From assembly GCA_043228905.1 (NCBI GenBank), contig JBHGNT010000289.1:1-39148 (forward strand): a stretch of 39,148 nucleotides of DNA. Reading direction: 5' to 3'. Below the pieces are notes generated by a model, which saw only the letters and a program-made list of their open reading frames with translations, did not search any database and was not told the DNA's origin. Numbering within the stretch: position 1 is the first letter of the stretch; the number at the start of each line of letters is the position of its first letter. A program made the position numbers and the translations under genes. Shown one piece after another: positions 23,716-37,470 of this stretch. The stretch is from Azolla caroliniana (Eukaryota; Plantae; Polypodiophyta).

Positions 23716-25569
23716 AAAGAACCTTTCGTTATGTTGTATGTCTATTTTGAGATCATTGCCATCAGCATCATGACAAAGATATATATGAAGTGGATAAGAT
23801 CATTCACCGACAGAGCAAAGCGCATACCTCTATCCAATACTCTAAAACAGAGCAAGTCGCGATGTGAAGGAGAGGGAGAGGACACTAGAACGATTCAGCT
23901 TTCCCTTTCGCCCACAAGGAGGAACATAATCAACACCTCTATAGTTTACATTCATCGCCTTAATATAATAATTGTGGACCCATGTTCGGATGTGCATGTG
24001 TACATACATACCCATACACACACATCCGTTTACACATACATACATTTGCATCCAACCATGAGAAACACGTGCATTTACACATACATATGCATCCGACCAT
24101 GGCAAATGTTGGGCTAGGGTCGAAATAGTGTGGACGTGTTGTGTGTGTAAATATACAATTCGTATTCCTGGGGTTCGATCCATAATTAACATTGTGCAAC
24201 ATATCATCAAAGCAAAACCAAGACGCTTTTTAAGCCCACGCATAATGTATCAACCTTGAGTTGGATTCCTCGAATCGTCAACATTGAGAAGTTGAGCACT
24301 GATAACATATAATAGAAGCTGAATAAGGGTGTTGAATTTCCCATGCAATAATAGAAGCTGAAAATGGGTTGGATCCACCACATCCGATTCCCCGTATTGA
24401 GCGGTAGAGCAAGTGTTGACACAAACAAACTATGTGGATCATCTATCTTAAGCTAGATTCATACCATTTTTCATACAATACGGAGCAATGCACATGACAA
24501 TGGAAGCGGAGAAAGAATGTTGGTTTCTAGACCTATGTGAATTAGAACTAAAGCATGTAGAAACATTTAATGGTAGCCAAAAAGAAATTATGATCATCGA
24601 CAAAAACATGCAAAAATATTGTGATCCCCTCTCTTTGGATCTATTCACTCTCACATAACTAGATGTGACCAAGGGCCAACCAACCTCACACTTGTGATCA
24701 ATGCAAAAAGGGGTGTATAGAATATGGTAGATAGGTTGGTTGTTGGATCAAATAACCTTTTCTATGGAAACAAGCCTTAAAATATACTCTAGGGCTAGTC
24801 CTCACTTCACCCATTGAGTTGTATTTGTGTGTGTTCACTTAAGACTACATGAATTCCAACTCCTATTATGTCAACTCTCAACCATAAATTATGGTCCATA
24901 ATCGAACATCTATACTTACCATTGTGAATAGTAAAGTCGCCATCTTTGGCATTAAGAATTGAGTACATATATGATATACCATGGCATTGTGTCTTTGAGT
25001 GTTGTTTTAATCTTGCCATTATTTATTTCCTTTCTAGTAAGGATGGCGTAGGATCTTCTATGTCACACACAAAGTTATCTATCGCATCTCACAGAAAAGA
25101 GACATTGTTGGTGGTGTGGCTAGCTACTTGTAGAAAAAAACATAAATAAGTAAAACTATAATTGCTAAATATGGAGAGAGGAAAACAGTGGGACATCAAA
25201 TATGACCATTGAGAGACATTGATTGACATATTCACATTTGTGGGGTTACTAGACGAATGTATATGAATATGCATACAAATGTAAGAAAAAATATTCGTTA
25301 AAAAAAAAAGAGAGTTCATAAAGTTAGTTTCTTAGATATATGATATATCATTTAAGCTCATAATAAAAAGGGGATATTTTACTTCACATTAATATTGTGA
25401 AATGCACATAAGAGATCAAAACCAGCCTACTTAGCTTCTTACTTCTTACTCAATTTGTAGTTGATACAAAGGTACCCATTTAGGTTGGCTTAGCTAAAAA
25501 GGATGGTTCGGCTTAGGTACACGCATCCTAAAACGGTTGTGCTAAAAGGGTGGCACAAAAGAACACATG

Positions 25570-26090
25570 CGCACCACTATTTTTATAATAGATGTAAAAC
25601 TTAAAAACTATTTGTTTTATTTTTAAAATAAAATAATATATATAATAAAAAGAGAACCTCACAATAATAATATTTTTATAATAAATATAAAACTTAAAAG
25701 TATTTGTTATATAATTTAATAAATAAATAATAAGCAAATAAAAAAAATGTTCATTAATCCCCCACTTCTACTCTCCCACATAATTTGATATTTTATGTCA
25801 TTAAAAAGGGGACCTCACACTAATAATATTTTTATAATAGATATAAAACTTAAAAGTATTTCTTATATTTTTTAATAAAATAATAAATAAGTAAAAGGTT
25901 CATTACTCCCCACTTTTTACTCTCCCACAAAATTTGATATTTTTAGTTGACATTAGTGGACCTCAAACTAACAATATTTTTATAATAGATGTAAACCAAG
26001 TTCATTAATCCCCACTCTTTACTCTGCCACAAAATTCGATATTTTTATAATAGAAGTAGAAATATTTATTTTTTTAAATAATAAATAAAA
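25570..26090. repeat. AT-rich degenerate tandem repeats
   Basis: About three copies of TTCATTAATCCC..CACT..TACTCTCCCACA.AATTTGATATTTT plus repeated TATTTTTATAATAGAT.TAAAAC. Confidence 0.7.
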
Positions 26091-26143
26091 GAATGATAAT
26101 CTTGATGTCATTTTGTAATGGTCGAATATTACAGATGGCGAAT

Positions 26144-26792
26144 ACCACGAATATCACGCATGAATCAATCTAGGTTAAGAGACCTATGTCTTGTGTTTAC
26201 CACGAATATCACGCATGAATCAATCTAGGTTAAGAGACCTATGTCTTGTGTTTACCACGAATATCACGCATGAATAAATCAAGGTTAAAAGATCTCTGTC
26301 TTGTGTTTACCACGAATATCACGCATGAATCAATCTAGGTTAAGAGACCTATGTCTTGTGTTTACCACGAATATCACGCATGAATAAATCAAGGTTAAAA
26401 GATCTCTGTCTTGTGTTTACCACGAATATCACGCATGAATCAATCTAGGTTAAGAGACCTATGTCTTGTGTTTACCACGAATATCACGCATGAATAAATC
26501 AAGGTTAAAAGACCTATGTCTTGTGTTTACCACAAATATCACGCATGAATCAATCTAGGTTAAGAGACCTATGTCTTGTGTTTACCACGAATATCACGCA
26601 TGAATAAATCAAGGTTAAAAGATCTATGTCTAGTGTTTACCACGCATGAATCAATCTAGGTTAAGAGACCTATGTCTTGTGTTTACCACGAATACCACGC
26701 ATGAATAAATCAAGGTTAAAAGATCTATGTCTTGTGTTTACCACGAATATCACGCATGAATCAATCTAGGTTAAGAGATTTATGTCTTGTGT
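26144..26792. repeat. 55-bp satellite, 12 units, alternating A/B variants
   Basis: Unit starts at 26144, 26199, 26254, 26309, 26364, 26419, 26474, 26529, 26584, 26639 (46 bp), 26685, 26740; consensus ACCACGAATATCACGCATGAATCAATCTAGGTTAAGAGACCTATGTCTTGTGTTT. Confidence 0.95.
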
Positions 26793-27560
26793 ATGCTCTG
26801 TTTTAATTTTGCCATTATTTGTTTCCTTTCTAGTAGGATATACTTATGTCATACACGATTGCATCTCTCAAAGAAGAGACATTACATTGTTGGTGGTTTG
26901 GCTGGCCACTTGAATTAAAAAAGACATAAATAAGTATAATCCATACCCGATTGCATTTCTCAAAGAAGAGACATGGTTGGTGGTTTGGCTAGCTACTTGT
27001 ATAAAAAGACATAAATAAGCATATTTATAATTACTAAATTATCCCTTGCGAGCCACTTATGAGATGAGGGAGAATAACACATCTATCAGAAAACATCCAT
27101 GCTCAAGCCACTCAGATCTTGCAAAACCCACAAGATCTTAAGCCCATAGTGATACAAACAACACTGCCATTGCTACAAAACTGTGTGTCCATTGATTGAA
27201 ATGATAAGAACATCCAAAAGCATTGATCAATTATACCCAGTGACAGAATCAAAGATCATAGAAATTTCAAACAGTGATTTTCGTTAGTTTGTGCTAACTA
27301 TCGAATCAGATCCCAAATTTTCCAAATTTGAATGATTATAAAGAGCAACTCTAAATAATTTCAAAGTAGCTTAACATGTGCAGAATAACCTGCCGTATTG
27401 CCAACCAGAGAATTTTAAAAATAACTGGTTACTGGATACAATTGATAATAATTCCTCGCCTCGGTCTCACAAAATTAATCAATCAGAACAAAAAAAATAC
27501 AAAACCGAATTTATTTAAGCGTTTAGATTCTTCTCAGGAAAATAAACTAAATTCCATCTT

Positions 27561-29855
27561 TTAATCGACCTCTTCAATTGTTGGCCCTGGTCCCCCTGCT
27601 GAAGCACCTCCAGGTACCCCATCTCCACCAGCACCATAAGCACCAGGAGGCACATCACCGGCTCCACCTTGATACATCCTTGCAATAATTGGATTGCAGA
27701 CACTCTCCAGCTCCTTCATCTTGTCATCAAACTCATCAGACTCAGCCAACTGGTTATGATCCAACCATTGGATGGCTTGCTCCACAGCATCCTCGATCTT
27801 CTTCTTGTCTTCTTCACTCAGCTTCCCCGCTATCTTGTCATCACGGATGGTATTCCTCATGTTGTATGCATAGTTTTCGAGACTGTTCTTTGACTCCACT
27901 TTCTTCTTATGATCTTCATCTTCAGTTTTGTATTTTTCTGCATCTTGAACCATCTTCTCAATTTCTTCCTTGCTCAATCTTCCCTTGTCGTTTGTAATAG
28001 TGATCTTGTTCTTCTGTCCAGTGGTCTTGTCTTCAGCAGAGACATTTAGGATGCCATTGGCATCAATGTCAAAGCAAACCGTGATCTGGGGAACTCCCCT
28101 GGGGGCAGGAGGAATCCCAGATAGCTCAAACTTTCCTAGCAAATTGTTATCACGAGTACGTGTTCTCTCACCTTCATAAACTTGGATCAACACACCAGGT
28201 TGATTATCGGAGTAGGTAGAGAAGACTTGCTCCTTCTTGGTTGGAATTGTCGTGTTACGGGGAATGAGAACTGTCATCACTCCTCCAGCAGTTTCAAGAC
28301 CAAGGGACAATGGAGCAACATCAAGTAACAAAAGGTCTTGTACCTTTTCATTTCCTTCACCACTCAATATGGCTGCCTGAACGGCAGCACCATAAGCAAC
28401 TGCTTCATCAGGATTGATGCTCTTACACAATTCCTTGCCATTGAAGAAATCTTGCAGGAGCTGTTGCACCTTAGGAATCCTGGTAGACCCTCCCACAAGC
28501 ACAACATCATGGATGCTGCTCTTGTCCATCTTTGCATCACGCAAGCACTTCTCCACTGGTTCCATGCACTTCCTGAAGAGATCCATGTTCAGCTCCTCAA
28601 ATCTGGCTCTGGTGATAGTGGAATAGAAATCAATTCCTTCATATAGTGAATCAATTTCAATGGTTGTTTGTGCAGTGGATGAGAGAGTCCTCTTTGCTCT
28701 TTCGCATGATGTTCTTAGCCTTCTCAGAGCTCGAGCATTACCAGTTATGTCCTTCTTATACTTCCTTTTAAACTCTTGTACAAAATGGTTCACCATTCTG
28801 TTATCAAAATCTTCACCCCCTAAGTGAGTATCACCAGCAGTTGCCTTTACCTCGAAGATTCCTTCTTCAATTGTAAGCAGTGAGACATCAAAAGTTCCAC
28901 CGCCAAGGTCAAAGATAAGCACGTTCTTCTCACCCACACTGGTAGCCTTCTTGTCCAGACCATACGCAATAGCTGCAGCAGTTGGTTCGTTTATAATTCT
29001 CATCACATTTAGACCAGAAATCACACCAGCATCTTTTGTGGCTTGTCTCTGAGAGTCATTAAAGTAAGCAGGCACGGTGACCACAGCATTCTTGACAGTA
29101 TTACCAAGAAAAGCCTCAGCAATCTCTTTCATTTTCACAAGAACCATAGAAGACACCTCTTCAGCTGCAAACTGCTTCTCCTCCCCCTTATACTGTACGG
29201 TGATCATAGGCTTTTCACCGGGTCCAGAAGTAACCTTGAAAGGCCACAGCTTGATGTCACTCTGGACAGAAGAATCAGAAAATCTGCGACCAATAAGACG
29301 CTTGGCATCTGTAAAAACAGAAAAATGTTGCAACAAGATAAGTGAAGGCACTAAAAATGAAGTTCAAGGCCATTACAAATCGTGTCTAGATGATTATAAA
29401 AAATAAGAATACGTTTTGTCTTCCCAGCATAGGTTATTTCGAGAACCATACAATACACGGTGTCAAAGAGAATACGACCAGTAGATCACACGGACTAGGT
29501 AAAATATGCAAGTATAAAACGGTTCAGAGAATCTAGATATCAGATAGATCTAGATCACAACTCTACGAAATGCTTCATGAACTTATGTTAAACAACTCGG
29601 TGACAAAGTTGAGTGCTTAGAAGCATATCAAACAACAGAAAACTTACCGAAAACTGTATTGATAGGGTTCATGGCGACTTGGTTCTTGGCCGCATCACCA
29701 ATAAGACGCTCAGTGTCAGTGAAGGCAACGTAAGAGGGCGTGGTGCGGTTACCCTGGTCATTCGCAATGATCTCAACACGATCATGTTGCCACACACCAA
29801 CGCAGGAGTAAGTAGTACCAAGGTCGATACCGATAGCAGGCCCGTCCTTGGCCAT
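27561..29855 (-). CDS. HSP70: Cytosolic Hsp70/Hsc70, 651 aa, exons 29855-29648 and 29308-27561
   Basis: [26 protein letters not shown]-terminal GPTIEEVD; single GT-AG intron at the usual plant NTVF/DAKR position. Confidence 0.98.
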
Positions 29856-30001
29856 GGCGAGCAAATGAAGCAGACAAAACCACCCAGAGAGTGTAGCACA
29901 AACCCTAACTGAGCGCAAAACGAAGAGAGAAAGGGAAGCAAGACTGAAGTTTCAGATCTGGAAATTAGGGCTGTCTCTCTCTTTTTATTGTCAGTCAAGG
30001 C

Positions 30002-30014
30002 TTCGAGAAGCTTC
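30002..30014. promoter_or_regulatory. Perfect three-module heat shock element
   Basis: TTCgaGAAgcTTC ~150 bp upstream of the Hsp70 ATG. Confidence 0.85.
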
Positions 30015-30070
30015 TATTTGATCCGACGGCCAGGATCGGAGGCCCTCTTGACCGTTGGATTAACGGCTTC

Positions 30071-30114
30071 GAGAGAGAGAGAGAGAGAGAGAGTCTCGTG
30101 TCCAACAAATACTT

Positions 30115-30154
<40 letters not shown>
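30071..30154. repeat. (GA)n and (CT)n tracts in inverted arrangement in the Hsp70 promoter
   Basis: GA run ~30071-30093, CT run ~30116-30154, then a C run. Confidence 0.85.
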
Positions 30155-30156
<2 letters not shown>

Positions 30157-31870
30157 CCCCCCCCTTAGATCCCGGCCCTCCCCCACGGCAGCGAGATGTG
30201 GTGACAACATGGATGGGATGAATCATACTATTGCTATATCAACACATATGACCCACACCTTCTAGGCCTCCCGCCGGACAACCTTTCCAATTGTTTGGGA
30301 TGGCCTATCGCCTTACCTTCCAACCCTCACCGGACAACCCTTTTACCACTCGTCAAATCTTTCTTTTAGTTTGTGTTCTCAAATAGATGAAAGAAATGTT
30401 GTGACATTACTACTATGTGTGCGTCGAACGTGTCCATGAAAATATGAGAATTGATACATTTATCATATGTAATTGTTGAATAATTACCCAAATATGTGAA
30501 TATATATGTTGCAAAAACTACAAGTCGATGCTATCTATTTATTTGTGAATACGTGGTTAGTGGCAATCAAGGCTCTCAAATCACATGATTAAAGGGCATG
30601 AAATATCTCTAGGGTGTACACTAGTGTATTCGTCTTGATATATAATGTTTTAGATTATATTAGTATCCTTAATCGTTGAGATACAACGGGATTGAATTGA
30701 ATTGCAAACAAACACTTATATTGCAAGTAAGTCGATTTGTCCCTGACCATATTAACTTTCATTTAAGCAATGCATTTCATTTCCCTTATAATCAAATGTC
30801 AGCATATATGTACATGTACCTACACTCTCATATGATGAGGGGTATCAACATTGCATATGAATAATATAGAGGATGTATGCATTGTTCACAAATGCAAGCT
30901 ATGGTTGTCTTGTGTATGATTATTGCCACGTACATTCAAGCATACATTTATAATATCTATATCTTTGATAACAAACTAGGAGGAATGCTATTGTCGGCAA
31001 AATGATGACATCCATGCATCCACATATAATGTTGGGGAGTGTGGATGTGTTAAGCCTTGAGGACATCCCCACATTCATCTTGGGTAAGCACGAATAAATT
31101 CATGCACATTGATTCAAGTGTTATGTTTTGTGTGAAACTGGAAGACCTAGATCTACTATGCCATCCAAATGTATTGGCAATGTGGTATTGGTAAAATATC
31201 GAAGTTGAGTGGATAATCCTTGATAGCACCCTATGGTTCTCATTAGACTTCATCTAAGGGCCCTTGAGTGCAAAACTTTATGAACATTTTAACCAAATAC
31301 TTGATAAATGGAGTAAATGTGCATGGTTATTTATATTTGCATAATCATCATATTAAAAACGATTCTAATTTAATAACTTCCTCACTCTAATGGTCAAATG
31401 CCAACTAACAAAAATGGTGCATTACTTGCCAATACTACTCATAATAAAAAGTTTATGGGTACGATACGTGGGAAATCAGTTATCTTAGATTTAGGACAAA
31501 CCCGTAATGGCTCGTGACGACATGTGTGATACGTGGAGCCTAAGGAATTGAGGTATGTAAAGGGGACTATCTATTGGCGAGGCAAATCTCTCACTATTTT
31601 GGGTTCCTATTCACCTTGACTCCGAGGTACATAATACATTATACGATCAATGATCATTTTCGATGGCATGGGACACCAATGGGGCGTCATGTTTGTACAT
31701 TGTCTTTGGGTCCATGAGGAAACCCACCCTATAGGCTATAGGGAGGGAGGGCTCTTATACATACCACATACAGTACAGTACATATATGTATGCATAGCCT
31801 GCATTTTGGCCTCTATTAGTTGTCCATCTCTCTGTCTCTGTTTCTCGCGGGGCACTGTTCTTTCTTCAAC

Positions 31871-34387
31871 ATGCAGGTAAACACACATGTTGTGTCTCAT
31901 TTTCTGTTTGTTACTTCTCAATCTCCTCTTCACGGGATTGATTTTGCAGGCCAGCGACAGGTTTAACATCAACTCCCAGCTCGAGCATCTTCAAGCCAAA
32001 TACGTCGGAACCGGCCATGCCGACTTAAACAGATTGTAAGTCTTATTCTCTCTCTTCGCCCTGCTTCAAAATAAAATACCCATATCTTGGCCAAATTCTG
32101 ATCTGAATTGGCCATGTCAAACGTTTGATCTATAAGACCCATTGACCTAAAACGTCAATAGGAGAGGATGTAAATGGAGAACATATCTAAACACGGGATA
32201 AGAAGGAAATCCAGTGGTCATGGCTGTACATGGTTGACAGCAAAGGGTAAAACTAGAGCAACATATTCTTGAGAGAAACAAAGAGGAACACCATCACCAT
32301 TGTTTCCCTTATGAACCTCCTAAGGGGAAATTTTTCTTCTTGCAAATTGGACGAGGTTAAGGAGAACTTAGGTATCATGTCACGGAAAAATTAGGCTTTG
32401 TTGGAGATGGGTTTCTATACTCTTCAGATAATTGTGAAGTCTTCAATCATTGGAAATAGAGTGAATGTAAACACTGTATAAGGAGAGAGGCTGCAAACAA
32501 ATTCTATTGTTAAGTAGAGCCATATAGTTTTTACATGCAACAATTCTATTGATAAGTAGATCCATATAGTTATTACATGTCACAATTTCTATTGATAAGT
32601 AGAGCCATATAGTTGTTATATATGCTATGTAAGTAACCTAGCCAAGTGGGGACACCATTAGTGCATGGTTTAGAGAAGGGTAAGTTCATTCTAACTACTA
32701 TTTTTCAAAGTTTTAATGTTTGAGTTTAAGGTTTCAATTGGTCATTATTTTGAAGCTAACAAATATTATTTGTAGAGAAAGCTAATCCCTGTCATACTTA
32801 GTAGGATTGATGGTGATCGTTGGCTGGTCAGACATTAGCGTTTCTATCTCTTATGTATATAATAAGAAATTAACATTTTTTTATCTGTGATATCCAGATT
32901 CAGAAATTAGTGTTTTTAATAAATTGTTTACAGGTTTCAAATATTTGAGATTTTTGCTTAGTATTGTAGGTTGGTCTGCGATAATCTAAATGATAGGGGC
33001 TGAGATGTCCTCAGAATCTTTGTAATTTGGGATATTAGGGTTTCTGAGTGGGAGTTCTTCTGGGCCCGTTTTCTGCCACTAGATACAAGGATTATCCGCA
33101 TGATAAGGAGAAAAACGTCAATATGACATGTGATAGTTAAAGAGGACTTAAGAGTAGGCTCCATTAGTCACAGAGACAGTTTTTCAAGCCTTAAATGTTA
33201 TTTCCAAGTACATGGATTCATTCTCACTGGCTTAGAATTCATACGACTAATTTAGAGAGAAACAAAGTGATAATGACATAAATCATTATTGTAGACACTT
33301 CATGAACTTCGATGAATCCAAGACCGTAGGTAGGCACAAATGTTGCCATTTGTAACCTCTTCTTATGTATGTTCATAAATGGTATAATTATTTAGATCAA
33401 ATGCATGGAGACACTCATGTCAGATGCTCATTGCACAATGATACAGTTGGTGTAGACATCATGATGTCATGGAAAGAGAATAAAATTTGGACGATATGCA
33501 CATATAACTATTGAGCACCACAGATGTCAGCTTTGCAACCATGAAGTTGAATATTTAGAGAAAGAGTTAGCAAACCTGATTGTTATTTGCATTTGACTTT
33601 GATATTGTTTAAGGTGGAAATTTTGAAAAAAAGCTGTTGGATAACCACAATTATAATGATAGTGCCACTTAAATTAGTAATTAGACGTGATCCACCGTTA
33701 ATTTTTGGGTATGATTAAAGTAACCTGCTAAATTTAATTGCAGACCTATAAATTCTCCAGGAGACTATTGAGTATAGACAGTCTAAAAATCGATCATTTT
33801 ACCATAATTTAGATCGCAATTAAAATTTAATTTATCCCAATGATTTTAGTCAATAATCTCATACGTGAAATAGGAATGGAATAGTCTGTGACTGTTTTAC
33901 CTTGGGCAACTTGATGTATTAGGAAAAATTTAAAGAAATTGGTTACAAGTTTTGAAAGTCTCGCCTTTAAAACCTGAGCATGTGCTATCAATAAATGATT
34001 TTTATATCGGTTGGTTGTTTTGTAGTTTTGCATAGCTATAGTAATTTCCTTGTTTGTTGTGGTTTTAGTGAATGGGCAGTAAACATTCAGAGGGATAGTT
34101 ACGCATCTTACATTGGTCACGATCCTCTCCTTGCCTACTTTGCCGTTGCAGAAAATGAATCGATTGGAAGGGAACGCTATGCCTTCATGCAGGTAACTAT
34201 TTAATCATAGGTTTCCTTATAGCTCAAATATAACTTCTTGTTATATTTGTGTTTCATATTTGTGTGTGCGTGCGTATCCCTGCAAGAAAAGGGAAAGCAT
34301 ATTACAAATGTATTAAATATATTTATTTTCAAATTGCAGAGGATGCTTTTGCCCTGTGGCTGTCCACCTGAAAAAGAAGAGGACTGA
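31871..34387 (+). CDS. SF3B5: Splicing factor 3B subunit 5 (SF3b10), 87 aa, exons 31871-31876, 31950-32035, 34069-34192, 34340-34387
   Basis: Spliced product MQASDRFNINSQLEHLQAKYVGTGHADLNRFEWAVNIQRDSYASYIGHDPLLAYFAVAENESIGRERYAFMQRMLLPCGCPPEKEED; GT-AG introns; mostly missed by the ORF track. Confidence 0.95.
32500..32622. repeat. ~42-bp tandem repeat x3 in SF3B5 intron 2
   Basis: TTCTATTG(T/A)TAAGTAGA(G/T)CCATATAGTT three times. Confidence 0.8.
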
Positions 34388-36846
34388 ACAATGTTTTTTG
34401 AGTGCAATGCTTCGAGACTAGCTTGAAGAGGATGCTTCAAGACTATAGTAAGATGCCAAATCCAGTTCTACTAACACCAGCTTATTTTACTATTTGTATT
34501 TTCCTTTGTATGGACTGAAATGTGAGTAGGTTTGGATTGTCTTACCTATGTTTGGGATCTTATTATTATGGACCATTAGTATTATCTGTTAATTTTAGGC
34601 ATTTGATAAACATACTAACATGCTGAATCAAGTTGCATAATGTGAAGTTCTCTCTATATTTGGAATGCTTTGAACTGAAAAGTCCGTGGGTTTGTGAGCG
34701 TCCCATGTTTGGGGATTCTGTTATTATGGAACATGCCAGGGTATTTCGTAAACTCTCTCTTGATGGTGGTCGATAATGTAGATTGGTTTACCAGATTTCT
34801 CCATCTCTCTTTTACACAGATTTGTCTTGTTTCTAAGAGTCATAGAGGTAGTCAGATAACTGTCTTATTTCCTAGAATAGCTTACTGATGTTTTTTCTTC
34901 CCTAATATATGGCACTGCTCATTGAAAATTCTTTCAGCCTCTCTTTTTGCTCAACCTTTAAATTCATTCCATTCCCACTGATGCAAACTCTCCTTGTATT
35001 CCGCTTACTGATTTTTTCAGTAAAGAATTTTTACATCGGTTTTTTGATTGAAGAATTTCACAGTGATTTGAAGTATATAGAAAACCATCCCCAAAGCCGA
35101 GACATTGCATCCGAAATTCTTTTTCTTTATGGTTTACTGTCTCACAAAGTAGCGGGGAGGGAAATCTTGGTGGCACATACGACTATACATGTAAAGGACT
35201 AACGTCATCATTTATTCCAATGTTGAGGTATATATTGAAATTTTGAAATATATGTCCATACGCATGTAAGTAAAATATTGTGCAGTTAAGACTTTGACAT
35301 GTAGAAGTAGATGTTTAAGATAACATGTAGAATGGTTGAGGCATCAAGGAGTGTATGTGGAATATATTTGATTGGAACTACAATCAATGCGAAATCTATG
35401 TATCAAATCTATCAAGGGATTTAAGCACTTTCAAGTAGAAGAAATGCTATGTATTAGATGTACATGATTTAGGATGCCCAGAAATTCAAGAAGAGTTTGT
35501 TTGGTTTAGGTGTGCGTGAATAGATTAGACGTTTGGGTCACAAATGATAGGTAAGATAAGGAGTTTTGTGATGGCCATCACTAGTTATGTCGCGAACATC
35601 CCATGAGGCTAGGATGGACTGGTTGTGATGAGATAGGAGAGTATGGGACAAATAGTTTCATGGTGGTTGTACCTCGCCGTGCTTGTTTTGGAAGAAATCA
35701 CTCAATGGATGTGGTTTGGACGTTCTTTTTATGTAAATTGTTTTGTGGTTTCGTAACTAGGTAATCCTTCAAGGTTACATTTCATGATATAATGTAGAGC
35801 CTAAGGACTACGTTATTTTCTTGCATTTTGAAATCAATATGGAAAACATAATGTGTGGATTAAAAGATAACATGCACTAGTTCCTAGTACAACATTAATG
35901 ACATGTAAGAAGTACACATAAGTGGAGAGATGAAGATGAAGACAATAGTTTCTATGGTATTATCGATTCCCTTTTGCATATTATTTGTATTGTAAACAAT
36001 GATGAATGGCGTGAAAGTATACCAAAACATGGTGATTGTACATAATGCACCATGTAAGACAACGCTTTTGGCATTTCATTCTACACATTAGACATGTTGT
36101 GTCAAGCAAAGGATTTCAATAAGTCATTGCATAGTATGCGTGGAAGCATTACAAAGAAGTGGTGATTTTCTTTCGTAAATGAACAATGATCTAGCATCAC
36201 AAGGAAAATCATAGAGGTGGAAACCTTGACAACATTTTCCCCACCCCAACATGCACAACTTAACTTATAGATGATCCATAGTTCATCACAAAGGGCATCT
36301 CATAAGGTGTATGATATCAAAGGAAATAATGGAGAACTCCACGAAGGATTAGGTAAGCTATTTACAAATCGTCAAATGAGTTGTGGATAAGGACAAACTA
36401 GTTTCACAAGAATATGAAAGATTCTCATAAGACTTTATCAAAAACTTAAACAATCCAAGAATTCATTGTTAGCTTGTATAGATAATTTGATTAAGGAACC
36501 TCTCCACACGCAAGATGACTAGACCCACAATCCACCTAGGAAATAATTGTTCTATGATTTCCATAGTGCCTATTCTAGCACACATGCATGTTTTTAACAA
36601 GAGATCGTCTATCATACGTGGTCTTCTCCTTTACTTCAAAATGGATTTATATAAATTGCAAAGAATGATAAATTTCAAATGGAAGAACGCACTAATGGGA
36701 GCCTAGGCTAAAGGGACCTTGGCTCATACCTGTCAATGTGCATACGATAGAGTATTTGATCCACGAACACCAATGCCAGGTGATATGAATTAGACTAACA
36801 AAAGTCGATGACCTACGTCAAGGTGTTATCCATGTGAATTAGAAAT

Positions 36847-37070
36847 GGTTCAGTTTCAGCTTAATTGCCTTGGTTTGAACCGAACGGTTAAGCCTTGATT
36901 GGTTTTGTGTTTATCAAATCTGAGTTGAACCGAACTAATCCCTAAACCGATTTGGGCCAAACCGATTAAGCCTATGCCGGTATGGGGATTGATTTGGTAG
37001 GGCTCAAGTGGAATCGCACTGAGCTCAAGTCAATTAAGGAAGTTCAACATTGAATTGAGCCGAGCTGAAC
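36847..37070. mobile_element. Possible MITE/foldback relic
   Basis: Imperfect inverted ends GGTTCAGTTTCAGCTTAATT / AATTGAGCCGAGCTGAACC; internal AACCGA repeats. Confidence 0.4.
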
Positions 37071-37444
37071 CCCCCCGAAATCATCAAACCATTTAAACAG
37101 CTTAGATCCGGTTTGAGTGGAGTAGTTGTCGACTCCTACGACCAAGGTGTTATCTATCTATGCTTACAACTATTAGTGGTCAAAATCGGAGTAGAAGGAG
37201 ATTCATATCATACATACATACTAGTAAAATATAGAGGAAGGTCTAGAGAGGAGTAGCTAGAGAAAATATTGCCTTTTAGGTATATACTCAAATGTGCGCA
37301 TTTATTGCACACAAATCGGAAAGCTTCAATCATCGATGGACAAGAGCTATGCATGTACTTGAGCACGGGCTGATTAGTGCGCTTGCACGATACATGTTGC
37401 GTTTGAGATTTGTTTGACATGTCCAGTGGGTGGGTGGTCGAGAG

Positions 37445-37470
37445 AAACCCTAAACCCTAAACCCTAAACC
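37445..37470 (+). promoter_or_regulatory. Telo-box / interstitial telomeric repeat (AAACCCT)3AAACC
   Basis: Plant telomere repeat in the likely promoter of the MBS1-like gene. Confidence 0.75.

Noticed and set aside
23569-24243. ORFs of 182 and 133 aa
   Set aside because: They derive from GGA/GAA and CA/TA repeats and the antisense of DUF639 exon 1; no protein motifs.
26144-26792. CRISPR-like regular array
   Set aside because: There are no unique spacers, whole units repeat, the context is eukaryotic and no cas genes are present.
29309-29351. N-terminus of the 596-aa Hsp70 ORF
   Set aside because: It is intronic; the true start is the ATG at 29855 in exon 1.
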